In this document: piece by piece, positions 22,715-35,400 of the stretch
Position numbering within the stretch: position 1 is the first letter of the stretch
Layout: each line of letters opens with the position of its first letter
Assembly (NCBI RefSeq): GCF_004010195.1
Contig: NC_057719.1
Coordinates: 89,976,705-90,035,609, forward strand
DNA: 58,905 nt
Direction: 5' to 3'
Source of the DNA: Chiloscyllium plagiosum
Taxonomy: Eukaryota
Notes under the pieces: generated by a model
What the model saw: only the letters and a program-made list of their open reading frames with translations
The model's database searches: none
What the model was told of the DNA's origin: nothing
Made by a program: the position numbers and the translations under genes

Positions 22715-24679
22715 ATATTAGCCTTTTTTAAAATAGTCGGATTTTAAAAAATTAACGGTCATGCGTCCCTTGTCTGTAGATAGGATAACTATGTTTTTGT
22801 CTTTTTAAAACTTTTCCAAGGCTTTTATTTTTGAGCATTACGTTTTATCGGCCTAATGTCGGTGCAATAGCTTGTCCTATGGTCTGCTGTGTTTCTTCTG
22901 ACAGACTATTATTTTTTAAAGTGAATTCAAAACTGCAAGGAAGTCCTTTTTACTCACGTCTTTGTAACTGTAGCTTAACCCTCTGACTAGGAGTGCTTTT
23001 TCTGTATCGGTAAGTGGATGGTCTGAGAGATTTTTTATCCAAGCATCAGTGCTGTATGAAATATATTTTTGTGTGAGTTTTTCTAACTTATTTTGAAGTG
23101 CGAGTTTTTTCATTTTCTGTGCTTGCTGTTGTTTAAAGTTTATGGTTCGTTCTAATGCATTTGACAGTTGAACGTAGAGTTATTGGAGAGCGTCAAACCA
23201 GTGTCTACAGAAAACAACACACACCGATCAAATACTTAACTTCAGAAGCAATCAATCCAACACACACAAATGGAGCTGCATCAAGACATTATTTCAACAA
23301 GCTACATCACACTGCAGCACCCAAGAACTACAAAAGCTGAAGAAAAATATCTATACAATGTTTTCAAGAAAAACGGGTACCCAATAAACACAATCTGCCG
23401 ATTCCTCAGACACAAACCCAAACAAGCTGACACAACGCAACCAAAATCTATAGCCACATTACCTTACATCAAAGACATATCAGAAATGACTTCCAGACTA
23501 CTCAGACCCTTTGGCATCATGGTAGTCCACAAACCTACCAACACACTTAAACAGCGACTAATGAAACCTAAAGAATCCATTAGATACTACCAGCAAAACT
23601 AATGTTATTTACAAGGTATCATGCAAGAACTGTAAAAAGCACTACATCGGACAAACTAGCAGGAAACCTGCCACCAGGATACATGAACACCAACTGGCCA
23701 CCAAAAGACATGACCCACTCTCACTAGTTTCTATACATACAGACAAGGAATGACACCACTTTGACTGGGACAACACACACATCCTAGCACAGGTGAAACA
23801 AAGACACGGGCATGGCATTTTAACCAGAATTCCATCAATAAACACCTCGATTTAGATCCTATCTACCTTCCCTTGAAAAAAAGAACCGGAAATGACATCA
23901 CCCACCTTAAGAAACCAAGACCCATAAATAGAGAGGCGGGACATACCACCGGCGCTTCACCGGAGACTCGCAATGATGATGTTACCGGGTATGGTGAAAA
24001 AATGTCTGAAAACAAACCTTCAGGCTCAGTGAGATAACTTGCATACTTATCATCAACCTGAGCTACAAATCTTCTCAAAAATTGTTAGAATAAAGGATGT
24101 TAAACTGATTACTGCAGCTGGGTTATGGGATTTGTCTAGTATTTGCCTGTGTGAGTTTCATTCATTCATGCAATTTCATATAAGCGCTGTTTTGACAGTT
24201 AGTTTCTTAAGGGGATAGTGGTCCAGTTAAAAGGTATTTAACATGTATATACTAATTAGGGAAACTGTTTAGTGTTTCAGGTCCGAGAGATGGTTGTTAA
24301 GGTCTGATTAATATCTTTCAAGGAGACATGATGACGGGGATGAAATTGTTCTGAATATGCTACACTTATTCAGAGGTAAATAGGCTGAAATGCTGCTTGT
24401 AGCAAGGGCCAGTAAGAACTGAAGATGTGAAAAATTAGTAATGGTTGAAAGGATTGTGTTAATTTGGACTATCTTGGAAAGCAAAATATGTTACAAACCC
24501 ACGGTTTTATGAATGAATGAATGAAATAGTGTTATAATTAAATAACAGGTTAGTAAAGGGTTATGAATGAATGAACAGGAACCCAGTATTAATGAATATA
24601 GTGAGCTGGTGAGTGAGTTAATAAAGATAGCCTGTACCACAATATCTCACAGTAACCCCTTTTGATTCTACCGAGACCT

Positions 24680-26926
24680 TTTGAAGAGAATCACACAATT
24701 CTTATCCTAGCTCAAACATATCCCATGGGTCTTTTAGATATTGGAGAGGCTTACGGGTCCTGGGTTAGTTTCTCACACACATCATCTAGATAAATGGCGA
24801 CCTGGGATGGTCCGTGTAAAATGTGCTCCATTGTCTGCTAAAAAAATTGCACAGGCTGATGATACCCCAAATGGCATTCTCATATATCAATGCCCATATA
24901 CCCATATATTAATATGGGTATTAATTGTAGAATTCCTCTGGGAATTCTCATCTCACCACAATTGCAAGTATGCATGGCTCATGTCCAGCCTCGTGAATGA
25001 CAGTCCCCCTGCCAGCTTTCATATAAATCCTCTATGTGAGGGACTGGGTATTTAGCCAGCTGCAAAAAATGGTTTATCGTTTGTTTAAAATCCACACAAA
25101 GGCAAATCAACTTCTCACATTTCACTTTCGTCTGACTGGTGCTGCAAACTCCACTGGTTTGATGATTCTTTCACTTTCCAATCTTCTGATTTCTGCCTCT
25201 ATGTTTGCCTGTTAAGCAAATGGCACTGGTCAGGCCTTGTAAAATCGTGGAATTGCTGCCTGGTTAAGATGGTCTTGGCTCCTTTGATAGTACCTGGACC
25301 TTCCTGAAAACCGTGGGGGTTTTTAATGAAAACTTCGCTCTGGCAGCCATTTTAGATTAGCCCTGCACATCTTTGGACTGTGGGAGGAAACCGGAGCACC
25401 CGGAGGAAACCCACGCAGACACGGGGAGAACGTGCAAACTCCACACAGTCAGTCGCCTGAGGCGGGAATTGAACCCGGGTCTCTGGCGCTGCGAGGCAAC
25501 AGTGCTAACCACTGTGCCACCATGCCGCCCACTGATTTCCTAATCAGAACATGTTGAGCCAACCTTGGTGAATCTTTTTCAGCCAATTTTGCCCCATCAA
25601 GCTTGGGCCTGAACCTTTTACTACAATCAGTGGTAACTGGCCCAGCTGCTTCTCATAAGAGACCAGAACCAACGTTGTACTCTTTAATCTGTAAAGGTCC
25701 CCTGGTATGGGTTCTTAGTCGAGCTGAGGTCGTGTGCAAACTTAAAGACTGGAGTCCAGAGCAAATTTTGTTAAGGACTAGTTCTGCAATTTCTGAAATA
25801 GCTGTCCCGGCATCAACGTTCATTAGAACCAAGTGACCATTTAACCAGACGTTTATTTTGATTGGTTCTGATTTGTATGTTGCTAAGCAATTGAAATGTT
25901 TCAAACCAGACACAGGTGGGTTTTCCAGGGCATGCACTCTCCTGGATACCAGCCTATGAATTGCCTTACACAGTTTAGTTCTAAAGGGGATCTTCTGCTG
26001 TCTGGAGTGTTTGCACTAGCAGTGTTTGCAGGCCTGGATCCTGAAGAAAATTTTAACTGGTCCAGGCTCGGCTTTGCTGTGGTCCCTCTGTTCGGGATAT
26101 GTCCTGACTGCAATTGCCTCCACTCAATGTCTACACTTCCCTCAGAATACCTTACAATGCTCATATGCTCCACTTGCCACATTTTCCAATGAGAAAGCTG
26201 GTTGTAGTGCTTGTTGGCTTCAGCTAATAGACGCTTTTGCATGGCTACGTCATTAATCCCACATATCAAATAGTCTCTCACCTCATTCAGAATTAAACCA
26301 AAGTCACATCCCTCTGCCAGTGGTCCTAACCTAGTCAAAAATCCCGATATAGATTTCCCTGGCTCTTGAATTGCTGAGCAAAACAAATAGCATCTCAGAG
26401 TAAGAGGATGCTGGAATATTCCTTAACTAAAGGACAACATTTCAAAGGTTTTAGTATCTGGTGCTGCAGGAAAAGTTAGGCTCCTAATTGAAAAGGCTAC
26501 AGGTCAACAAGCTGCCAGACAAACTACTCATTACTTTTCATTTACCCCGATCCTGTTGCCACATAAAAAACAGTGCATTCTTTCTACACATTGGAACCAG
26601 TCTTTGATAACGGGGTCAAACAAGTCAAACTTCACAGATAATGGCATGTTGCCAGAAATGCTTACCCCAGCTCAAAGGTGACTGTTGTGTGTGAATTTCT
26701 CTCATCGTCACTGAAATAACTCCACAGAGGTTAGTAACCATCACCATGTCATCCTTCATTTTTACGTGACACTGATCCAACTCCCTCAGAGTCAACTGTC
26801 AGAGTGAACAGGATGTCTGACTCCCTTGCTCTTACCTATCTGCCAGGGCTCCCTGATTGTACCAGATCAGATAGACCCAATCAGAGACTCATATTGTATG
26901 AGGTCCACCTGGCTCACCTTGTTACA
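24680..26926 (-). mobile_element. Gypsy LTR retrotransposon relic (5' LTR 26712-26926, gag, protease, RT)
   Basis: QEPGKSISGFLTRL..LAEGCDFG..LICGIND..QKRLLAE; MNVDAGTAIS protease; RMPFGVSSACAIF and VAIYLDDV RT motifs; PBS-like GTGACGATGAG. Confidence 0.85.
25350..25531 (-). mobile_element. HE1 V-SINE lacking most of its tail
   Basis: Near-consensus head and core; core joins directly to CTAATCTAA. Confidence 0.9.
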
Positions 26927-26937
26927 ATGTAAAATAA

Positions 26938-27692
26938 TGACTCTGTATCTAACCCTATGCTGTCCCAATCCTGAGTGTGTTGGATAGGTATGACGTAAAG
27001 GTAGCTTTACTCTGTATCTAACCCCATGCTATCCCTGGGGATCGAGGGAGAGAAAGGGAGAAGAAACTCACTGGGGATCAAAGGAGGAAGAGAGACTGAC
27101 TGGGGATTGAAGGAGATCTACTGTGCAACCTAAGTCTAATTTGTACATTAACTCCAATTTGCTTAACATTGTGAAACTTATTCTGTATCTCACCCTGTGC
27201 TGTCCCTGTCCCTGGAAGTGTTTGATAGGGACAGTGTAGAGGCAGTTTTACTCTGTATCTAACTCTGTGCTGTCCCTGTCCTGGGAGTATTTGCTAGGTA
27301 CAGTGTAGAGAAAGCTTTACTCAGTATCGAACCCCTTACTATCTGGGATTGTTTGATGGGGATAGTGTAGAGAGAGCTTTATTTTGTATCAAACCCTATG
27401 CTGTTACTGTCCTGGACTGTTTAATTGGGACAGTGCAGAGGGAGCTTTACTCTTTATCTCATGCTGTGCTCTCATTGTCTTGGGAGTGTTGATGGGAACA
27501 GTGTAATGGTAGCATTACTCTGTATCTAACCCCATGCTGTCCCTGGGGATCGAGGGGGAGAGACAGAGGAGAGAGAAACCCACTGGGGATCAAAGGAGGA
27601 AGAGAGACTGACTGGGGATTGAAGGAGACCTACTGTGCAACCTAACTCTAATTTGTATATTAATTCCAATTTGCTTAACATTGTGAAGCTTA
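26938..27692. repeat. ~70-bp tandem repeat (GGGACAGTGTAGAGGGAGCTTTACTCTGTATCTAACCCTGTGCTGTCCCTGTCCTGGGAGTGTTTGAT) with a duplicated non-unit block
   Basis: About 7-8 diverged units; ~27008-27180 repeated at ~27516-27692. Confidence 0.85.
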
Positions 27693-27924
27693 GTCACACT
27701 TCTAAAGAACTCAGATATTAAGTGAAGAATTTCTTTATATTGGTGGCATTAAATGATTGAAGAAAGTGGTAAAATTCCACAAAAAGTTCCTCTCCAAATG
27801 CACCACAGATTAATGCTTATCCAAGCACAGACATCGCCAAAGTGGTTACCTGAGTCATTATCGCCTCCTGCTGGTTGTTTGTAAATTAGCAGCTGAGCTC
27901 CCACACTGACTAAAGTTTTTTGAT

Positions 27925-30490
27925 ACTAACAGAGATATTCGTATCATCAACAGCCACGGGTAAAGTGCCCCAAGATTGGAGGGTTGCTACTGTTGTGCCA
28001 TTATTTAACAAAGAGAAATATTTGGGATCTACAGACCAGGGGGCCTAACGTGCATGGTGGGTAGGTTGTTTGAGGGGATTCTGGGAGTTAGGATCTACAG
28101 GCCTTTGGAAAAGCAAGGATTCATTTGGGATAGTCAGCATGGCTTTGTGTGTGAGAAGTTGAGTATCACAAATTTGATCGAGTTTTTTTGAAGGGTTGAC
28201 CAAGAAAGTAGATGAGGTCAATGCAGTAGATATTGTCTACATGGACTTTAGCAAGACCTTTTATAAGGTACTGCATGGTAGGTTTTTAAGGTTAAATCTC
28301 ACAGGATCCAGGGCAAGCCAGCCAATTGAATACAACATTGGTTAACTGTAGAACATAGTGCTGTGCCTGCCACATGGTATGTTTGAACTCTTATATCTAG
28401 CAAAAGAACTGAGTAGACTCTTAGGAAACCTATTAATAACAGTAACTAATAACTCAATAATAGTAAAAAATAGTATTTGTTTATTTGACACAATTAATAT
28501 TAGAACAACAAATACACTATGAATTAATGATAAACACTACAAGACCATCTTAAATTAGCTTTGGATGATCATACACCACCACAGCAGAATGTGGCCAGGC
28601 TCCACGTGGTGATGACATCTGGTCTTCTTCTTCAGAGGTGTATTCTCTTTGAGTTATTATTCTCGAGTTACCCTCTCCAGTACTGCACTGAGTGTGGTTT
28701 TGCAGTGATTCTTATACTCCAAAGTCTTCAGCATGATGGCAACTTTTATAGGTGCGCCATCGACAACATTCTGTCTGGATGTATCACTACCTGGTATGAC
28801 AACTGTACCATTCAATCCATCTACCAACCTCTACCATCAGGGAGAAGGTACAGAAGCCTGAACACACGCACCAGCCGGTTTTGAAACAGTTTCTACCCTA
28901 CTGTTGTTAGAAAACTGAATGGACTCACAAACTCTTAACATTCGCCTGTACCTGTGTTTTGGTTTTTGCCGCTGTTTACTATTTACTATCTATCTATGCT
29001 ACTTAACTCTGTGATATGTCTGTATTGCTTGCAAGGCAAAGCTTTTCACTCTGCCTTGTTACAGTGACAATAAATTCAATTCAGTTAAGTATCTTCCAAT
29101 GGATCGATCAGGTTTGATCATCGATCGGACCCAACCAGGCGTTGGCATGCTGATGGCAGGGTAGTCCTTAAATGTCCATTCCTGGAGGTGCTGGGTGCAT
29201 GTAGCCTCCTCCAAATAAGGATGCAAGATGCCTCCATATCTGGTACACACCTTGATGTTTCTGATTGTCTCAGCAACCCCATTCAAACCCAAATTCCATT
29301 GCCCCATTCAAACCCAAATTCAGGTGTGTATTGTAGGGTCTGCAGCTGTCAGGTTTGTTTGCGATCTATCTGTGGGCAGCTGCAACCTGTCTGGATTCTG
29401 CAGAATGTGGATTAGCACAGTCACTTTGGTCAAGGCTGGGTTCCATTTCCCAGCATACTTTAATCATTGTCCATCTTATGTAACTCCATGAATAAGTTCA
29501 TTATTTTCAATGATAAGTTCATTAGTTTGAGTGGCCCGTCCGGCCACAGACGGTGATGTTAGAGGGTCGTTTCTCAGGCTGGAGGTCTGTGACCAGCAGA
29601 TTTGTCATTTATATAAATTATTTAGATGAGAATTTCATAGGCATGGTTAGTAAGTTTTCTGATGACACCAAGACTGGTGGATAGTGAAGAGGGGCTTCTA
29701 GGAATGCAGCATGATCTTGCAGTGGGCTGTCGAATGGCAGATGGAGTTTAATTTAGATAAATACATTTTGATAAAGCAAACAAGGGCACGGCTTATACAA
29801 TCAATGGTAGGGTCCTGGGAGTATTATTGAAAAAAGGAATCTAGGGGTCCATGTTCAGAGCGCCTTGTAAATAGAGTCAAAGATAGACAGGGTGGTGAAG
29901 AAAACTTTCAGCATGCTTGCTTTCACTGGTTAGAGCACTGAGTATGGGAGTTGGGATGCCTTGTTGCAGTTGATGAGGCCACGTTTGGAGTACTGCGTGC
30001 AGTTCTGGTCACTCTACTAGAAAGACTGCAGAAAAGATTTACTAGAATTCTACCTGGTTTGGAAGGTTTGAATGATAAGGAAGGATTGGATGTGCTGGGA
30101 CATCTTTTCCTTAGAGTGCAGAAGGCAGAGGAGTGTTTCAGTAGAGGTCTATAAAATCATTGACAGGCATAGGTAAGGTAGATAGCTGACAGCTTTTCCA
30201 CATGGTATGGGAGTCTGAAGTTAGAGGCATAGGTTTAAGGTGAGAAGGGAGAGATACAAAACAGTCCAGAGGGGCAATTCTTTCACTCAGAGGGTGGTGA
30301 ATGCCTGGCACCAGCTGCCAGAGGTCGTGATGGAAGTACGATTTTGTCATTTAAGAAACATTTAGACAGGTAGATGGATGGAATAGGTATAGAGGGTTAT
30401 GGACCAAATGCAAGCAAATGGACTGATTTAAATTGTGAAAACTGCAAGTTGGGCTTATTTCCATGCTGTTGGCCTCTATGATTCTATTAC
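27925..30490 (+). mobile_element. Degraded CR1 ORF2 and 3' end, interrupted at ~28355-29545
   Basis: YRP..LT..VG, DSQHGF, VYMDFSK, FSDDTK motifs; CTCTATGATTCTAT tail. Confidence 0.8.
28737..29083 (+). mobile_element. Rex1/Babar LINE 3' end
   Basis: NFYRCAIDNILSGCITTWYDNC and PLPSGRRYRSLNTRTSRF; tail GTGACAATAAATTCAATTCA. Confidence 0.85.
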
Positions 30491-30549
30491 TATGACTAAT
30501 ACTTTGGCGAGAAACTTGATTTAAAAAGTCATATGTTTGTTATATCCAG

Positions 30550-30722
30550 GTTGTTTCTTAAGGAGGAGGTAGCAACAGATCTGGTGGCTAAAGGACTCAA
30601 GGGATATGGGGAGATGGTGGGATTCGGGTTTTGAGCTGAATGATCAGCCATGATCAGACTGAATAGTGGAACAGCCTTGAGGGATCAAATGGCCGACTCC
30701 TGCTTCTATCTTCTATGTTTCG
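30550..30722 (+). mobile_element. CR1 3' end fragment
   Basis: GATCAGCCATGATC...ATGGCCGACTCCTGCTTCTAT tail. Confidence 0.7.
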
Positions 30723-30955
30723 ATGGTCAATCATTGGTCAGTCAATGGATTACAAGCTCGTAAGTCATTTGTCAGTCTGCTGAATGACATTAAACCTGCT
30801 GCATATCAGTCTTATGTTATAAATTACTTGTTAATTTAGTCACATATTGTTGGCTGTATGCCCATTGTAATGTGTTTGTTTCTTTGATGGTCAGTGACTT
30901 GTACATTGGTCATACAGGTGTATATCAGCCAGTCATACATTGATTATTGGTTACA

Positions 30956-31277
30956 TTTAGATTACATTCCCTACAGTATGGAAACAGGCCATTTGGCCCA
31001 ACAAGTCCACACCAACCCCCTGAAGAGTAACCCACCCAAACCATTCCCCTAAGCTATATTTCCGCCTGACTAGTGCACCTAACACTATGGGAAATTTAGC
31101 ATGGCCAATCCACCTGACCGGCACACCTCTGGATTGTGAAAGGAAACCGGAGTACCTGGAGGAAACCCATGCAGACACGGGGAGAATGTGCAAACTCCAC
31201 ACAGATAGTCACCTGAGGTTGGAATCAAATCTGGGACCTTGGTGCTGTGAGGCAGCAGTGCCAACCACTGTGCCACC
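30956..31277 (-). mobile_element. HE1 V-SINE
   Basis: Head, core and tail all visible. Confidence 0.9.
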
Positions 31278-31466
31278 TTATTATTATATTAGTTGGGGTG
31301 AGTTGCATGTCAAGACATTTAGGTATTGGTCAGACATATTTCTACTGTAAGTTAGTTGTATCTTGGTAAAGTCACAGTATTCAGTCCCTCGTCCAGTCGT
31401 ATTTTGATGATACGTTGGCTGTTAAATGTTTGTATGATCAGTTATAGGACAATCATCATGCATTAG

Positions 31467-31658
31467 GAGAAAGTGAGGACTGCAGATGCTGGAGGTCAGA
31501 GCTGAAAATGTGTTGCTGGAAAAGCGCAGCAGGTCAGGCAGCATTCAAGGAGCAGGAGAATCTTCATTCCTGAAGAAGGGCTCATGCCCGAAACGTCGAT
31601 TTTCCTGCTCCTTGGATGCTGCCTGACCTGCTGCACTTTTCCAGCAACACTATTTCAG
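31467..31658. mobile_element. Short palindromic PLE derivative with hammerhead motif (~31566-31600)
   Basis: 17-bp TSD CAATCAT(C/T)ATGCATTAG (31450-31466, 31659-31675). Confidence 0.9.
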
Positions 31659-31789
31659 CAATCATTATGCATTAGTCAATTGTTAGTTTCTAGAAAAATC
31701 CCAGAGGATTGGAAAACTGTCAAAGAAATACCTTTATTTAATAAAGGAAGGAGGCATAAACAGAGGTAACTATCAAACATTAAGAACAG

Positions 31790-32672
31790 TGAACACAGAA
31801 CATAGAACTCTACAGGCCCTTCAGCCCTCGATGTTGTGCCAGCCTTTTCTCCTACTCTAAAATCTGACTATCCTTCATTGTACTAACTTACATGTGCATA
31901 TCCAAGAATCACTTAAATGCCCCTAACGTATCTGACTCTACCACCAATGCTGGCAGCGCATTCCACACACCCACCACTCTCTGTGTAAAGAACCTACCTC
32001 TGACATCTCCCCTAAACCTTCCTCCAATTACCTTAAAATTGCGCCCCTTTGTGATAGACATTTCAGTCATAGGAAAAACGTCTCTGGCTCTCCATGCTAT
32101 CTGTGCCTCTCAACATCTAGTATATTTCTATCAAGTCACCTCTCATCTTTCTTCGCTCCAATGAGATAATCCCTAGCTCCCTCAACCTTTCTTTATACGA
32201 CATTCCCTTCAATCCAGGTAAAGCTTCTACATCTTTCCCATAAGGAGGCGATCAGAACGGAACACAATATTCCAAGTCTGGTCGAAACATGGTTCAAAAG
32301 CACTGCAGCATGACCTCGTGGCTTTTAAACCTCTTGCTATTGAAAACCAACACACCATACGCTTTCTTCACAACCCTATCAACTTGGGTGGCAACTTTTG
32401 AGGGTTCTATGGACATTCTCCCCAAGATCCCTCTGTTCCTCCATACTGCCAAGAATTCTGCCTTTAACCCTGTATACTGCATTCAAATTTGACCTTCTAA
32501 CATGAATCACTTCACACTTTTCCAGCTGCCACTTATCAGCCCTGTTCTGCCTACTGTCAATGGCCCATTGCAATCTACAACAGCCTTCCACACTATCCAC
32601 CATTCCACCAACTTTAGTGCCATCGGCAAACTTACTAACCTACCCTTCCACTCCCCCGTCCAGGTAATTTAT
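31790..32672 (-). mobile_element. 5'-truncated CR1 nested in an older CR1
   Basis: VDSVEGCCRLQ, KVATQVDRVVKKAYG; CATAGAA tail. Confidence 0.85.
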
Positions 32673-32689
32673 AAGTAAGTGATAAAGTA

Positions 32690-33740
32690 AGTTTGATGTT
32701 AGAATCTATTACAAAGGATAAAATAGTAGAGCATTTAGAAATGCTTCAGATTATCAAGCAGAGTCAGCATGGCTTCATGATGGTAGAGTCATGCCTGACA
32801 AATTATTTAATGAGGTAACAAACAGAATAAACAAAAGAACAGCAGAGGATGTGATATATTTGGATTTCCAGAAGGTGTTTGATTAGCTACCAAACATTAG
32901 GCTACCTAATAAGATAAGAGCCCTTGGGTGTTGGGGGGTGTATTTTAGTGTGGATAAAGGATTGGCTAACTAATAGGTGACAGAGAGTTGGAATAAGGGG
33001 GTCATTTGCAGGATGGCAACCTGTAACTAAGGTGTGTCAGAGCTGAGTCCACAGTTATTTACAACATATATGAGTAACTTGGATGAGGAAAGTGAATGTA
33101 CTATGGTCATGTTTGTAGATAACACAAAAATAGGTGGGAAGATGACACAAAGAGGCAAAAGAGGGATATAACCAGGTTAGGTGAGTCAGCAAAATCTTGG
33201 TAGATTCAAAATAATGTGGGCAAGTGTTAGGTTATTCACTTTGGCAGGAGAGTAGAGGAGCTGAATTCTGTTTAAATGAAGGAAGACTGCAGAAAGCACA
33301 GAGGGATTTGGGAGTGCTCATCCATGATCCACAAAAAACTAGCATCCAAGTTCAGCAATAAACAGTTTTGGGCCTCTTACCTAAGGAAAGATACATTGGC
33401 ATTGGACGCAGTCCAGAGAAGGCTCACTAAGCTGATATCAGATACAGAGGGATGGTCTTATGAGGAGATGTTGAGTAGGTTGGGCACGTACCCTTTGGAA
33501 ATTAGACTGAGAAGTGACGTTATTGAAACACAGAACATTCTTAAGGAGCGTGCCAGGATAGATGCAGAAAGGCTCGTTAGAGAGTCTAAGACCATAGGGT
33601 ATAATCTCAGAACAAAATGTTATACAGTTAAAACAGAGGTGAGGAGGACATTCCTCTCTCAGTTGGTAGCGAATCTGTAGAATTCTTTTCCGAAGAGGGC
33701 TGTCGAGGCTGGGCCATTAAGTATACTCAAGGCTGAAATG
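32690..33740 (+). mobile_element. Old CR1 RT fragment (upstream piece at ~31680-31780)
   Basis: QSQHGF, YLDFQK, LALDAVQRRLTKLI. Confidence 0.8.
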
Positions 33741-34179
33741 CCTTATCACAATTAACTATTGATGCAGAGGCTACATCAATTTACAATAAAAATTAAGCAT
33801 ATAAACACACTCAAGTAGATAGACCTAAGAATAGGAAATGAGATTAGAGTACAGTGTTCCACTGCAAGAAATAGAATGACTGCTCAAAGGAAAACATTAG
33901 CAATTGGAATTCAACCCCAGGAACATTCAAGAACTAGCTGGATACTGTAAGGTCTTTACGAAAATAGAAGACATAAGTCTTATACAATCATGTGTTACAG
34001 AAGGATTCTACATCTATTCCATGCTCTGACTAGAACAGATCTCATCCTCCCATTCCAAGTATGATTCTAATGCACTGAAATTTAAATTCACCAGTATTCT
34101 GACATCATAATGCTGGTGACAATTTTGAAACTGGGAAAAACAGAAATACTGACGTTTAAGCAGGTGAAAGGATAATGTA

Positions 34180-34647
34180 AATGTTTACTACCAATATATT
34201 AACTGCTGAGAGTGGTGGAAAGGTTAGTATTCTGAGCACAGGGCTTGATTAAATGATACTTTTTAAAAAATTCTGTAGATTGTCATGGACTTTAATTTAT
34301 TCCAGTATTTATAGCTTTGGTTTAAAAGCACAGTTTTTGCTATGTTTCCAATGACAGATCCCTTTCTGTGAGAGGTACTGTACAGCGAGCAGTGTTCTTA
34401 CATTGTTTAAAAGTACGGTGTTAAATTTGCTTTTGTTTCATTAATAAATATTATTTCAACCTTCACTCAGGCTGTGCTATACTTTGTGTTAGACTTCTGG
34501 GTGATTTTTGATCGTGAGTGAGTGATTTTTTTGCTGGTCTGCCCCTAGCCCCACTTTTCCCATAGGTCCCATTATTTCTGTGAAGTGATTTTCTACTAAG
34601 CGAGGTTGAGCTGGAACGCAGCTACGGCATTATAGGAGAACTACCTG
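34180..34647. mobile_element. Tigger/pogo-like DNA transposon end
   Basis: Ends ATTATAGGAGAACTACCTG+TA, related to the TIR of the MITE at 54010; left boundary uncertain. Confidence 0.5.
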
Positions 34648-34689
34648 TAGAGGCATTTGAATGCTTTCTTGACAGTAATGTCAACATGG

Positions 34690-35400
34690 ATAGACCAGGA
34701 TACGCAACAACACCTCCTCCAAAATAATCCTTAACAGTGGTGCCCCGCAAGGCTGTGTACTCATCCCCTTACTACACTCCTCATACACTCATGACTGTGT
34801 GGTCAAATTTTGCTCTAACTCCATTTATAAGTTTGCTGTTTACACTACCATAGAGGGTTGGATTGCAAACATTACCGAGTCAGAGTACAGGAAAGAGGCA
34901 GACAGCTTCCAGAATCATGAAGCAAGCCATTTGGCCCATCGAGTCCACATTGACCCTCCGAAGAGCATCCCACCCAGACCAATCACTGTAACCCTGCATT
35001 CCCCGTGGTTAATTCACCCAGCCTGCACATCCCTGGACACTATGGTTAACTTAGCATGGCTAATTCACTCTAACCTGCACATCTTTGGCAGGAAACCGGA
35101 GCACCCGGAGGAAACCTATGCAGACACGGAGAATGTGCAAACTCCACACCGAAGAATGGAATCAAACCAAGGTCCCTGGAGGTGTGAAGCAGCAGTGCTA
35201 ACTGCTGAGCCAGGAGGAACTTGAAGCTCTTGATCACCTCCATCACAACACCACTGATACAGACACACTGATACATCCTCTACTCTGCCTCCTGAAGTTA
35301 ATGACTAGCTCCTTCATTTTGCTGACATTGATGGAGAAATTGTTGTCTTTACACCATGCCACTAAGCTGTCTTTCCTGTACTCTGTCTCATTGTTGTTCC
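34690..35400. mobile_element. Rex1/Babar RT fragments (+ 34690-34908; - 35212-35400) flanking an HE1 SINE
   Basis: GAPQGCVL.P, THDCV, IYKFA; SLVAWCKDNNFSINVSKMKELVINFRR. Confidence 0.8.
34911..35210 (-). mobile_element. HE1 V-SINE (diverged)
   Basis: Core GAGAATGTGCAAACTCCACAC and head remnant. Confidence 0.8.

Larger units (their letters stand above)
17847..22719 (-). mobile_element. L1-clade LINE, 5'-complete, ORF2 3' part deleted
   Basis: 12-bp TSD AGCCTTTTTTAA (17835-17846, 22720-22731); ORF1 + APE/RT ORF2; A-rich 3' end. Confidence 0.9.
15882..24084. mobile_element. Large Penelope-like (RT + GIY-YIG) element with fold-back ends; ORF on minus (23150-22732 then 17834-16000), plus arm 23155-24084
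   Basis: WIKNLSDHPLTDTEKALL, PRFYGLPKIH, MVSFDVTALFTSI, GTPMGAPIS, YVDDTF, LPFLDVTVER, TLPYIKDISE and HYIGQT motifs; ~15882-16780 is the reverse complement of the plus arm. Confidence 0.88.

Noticed and set aside
24898..24921. Short near-palindrome ATACCCATATATTAATATGGGTAT
   Set aside because: Lies within a decayed Gypsy RT; too short to support a function
26938..27692. CRISPR-like repeat-spacer array
   Set aside because: Contiguous diverged tandem units without unique spacers; vertebrate context, no cas genes
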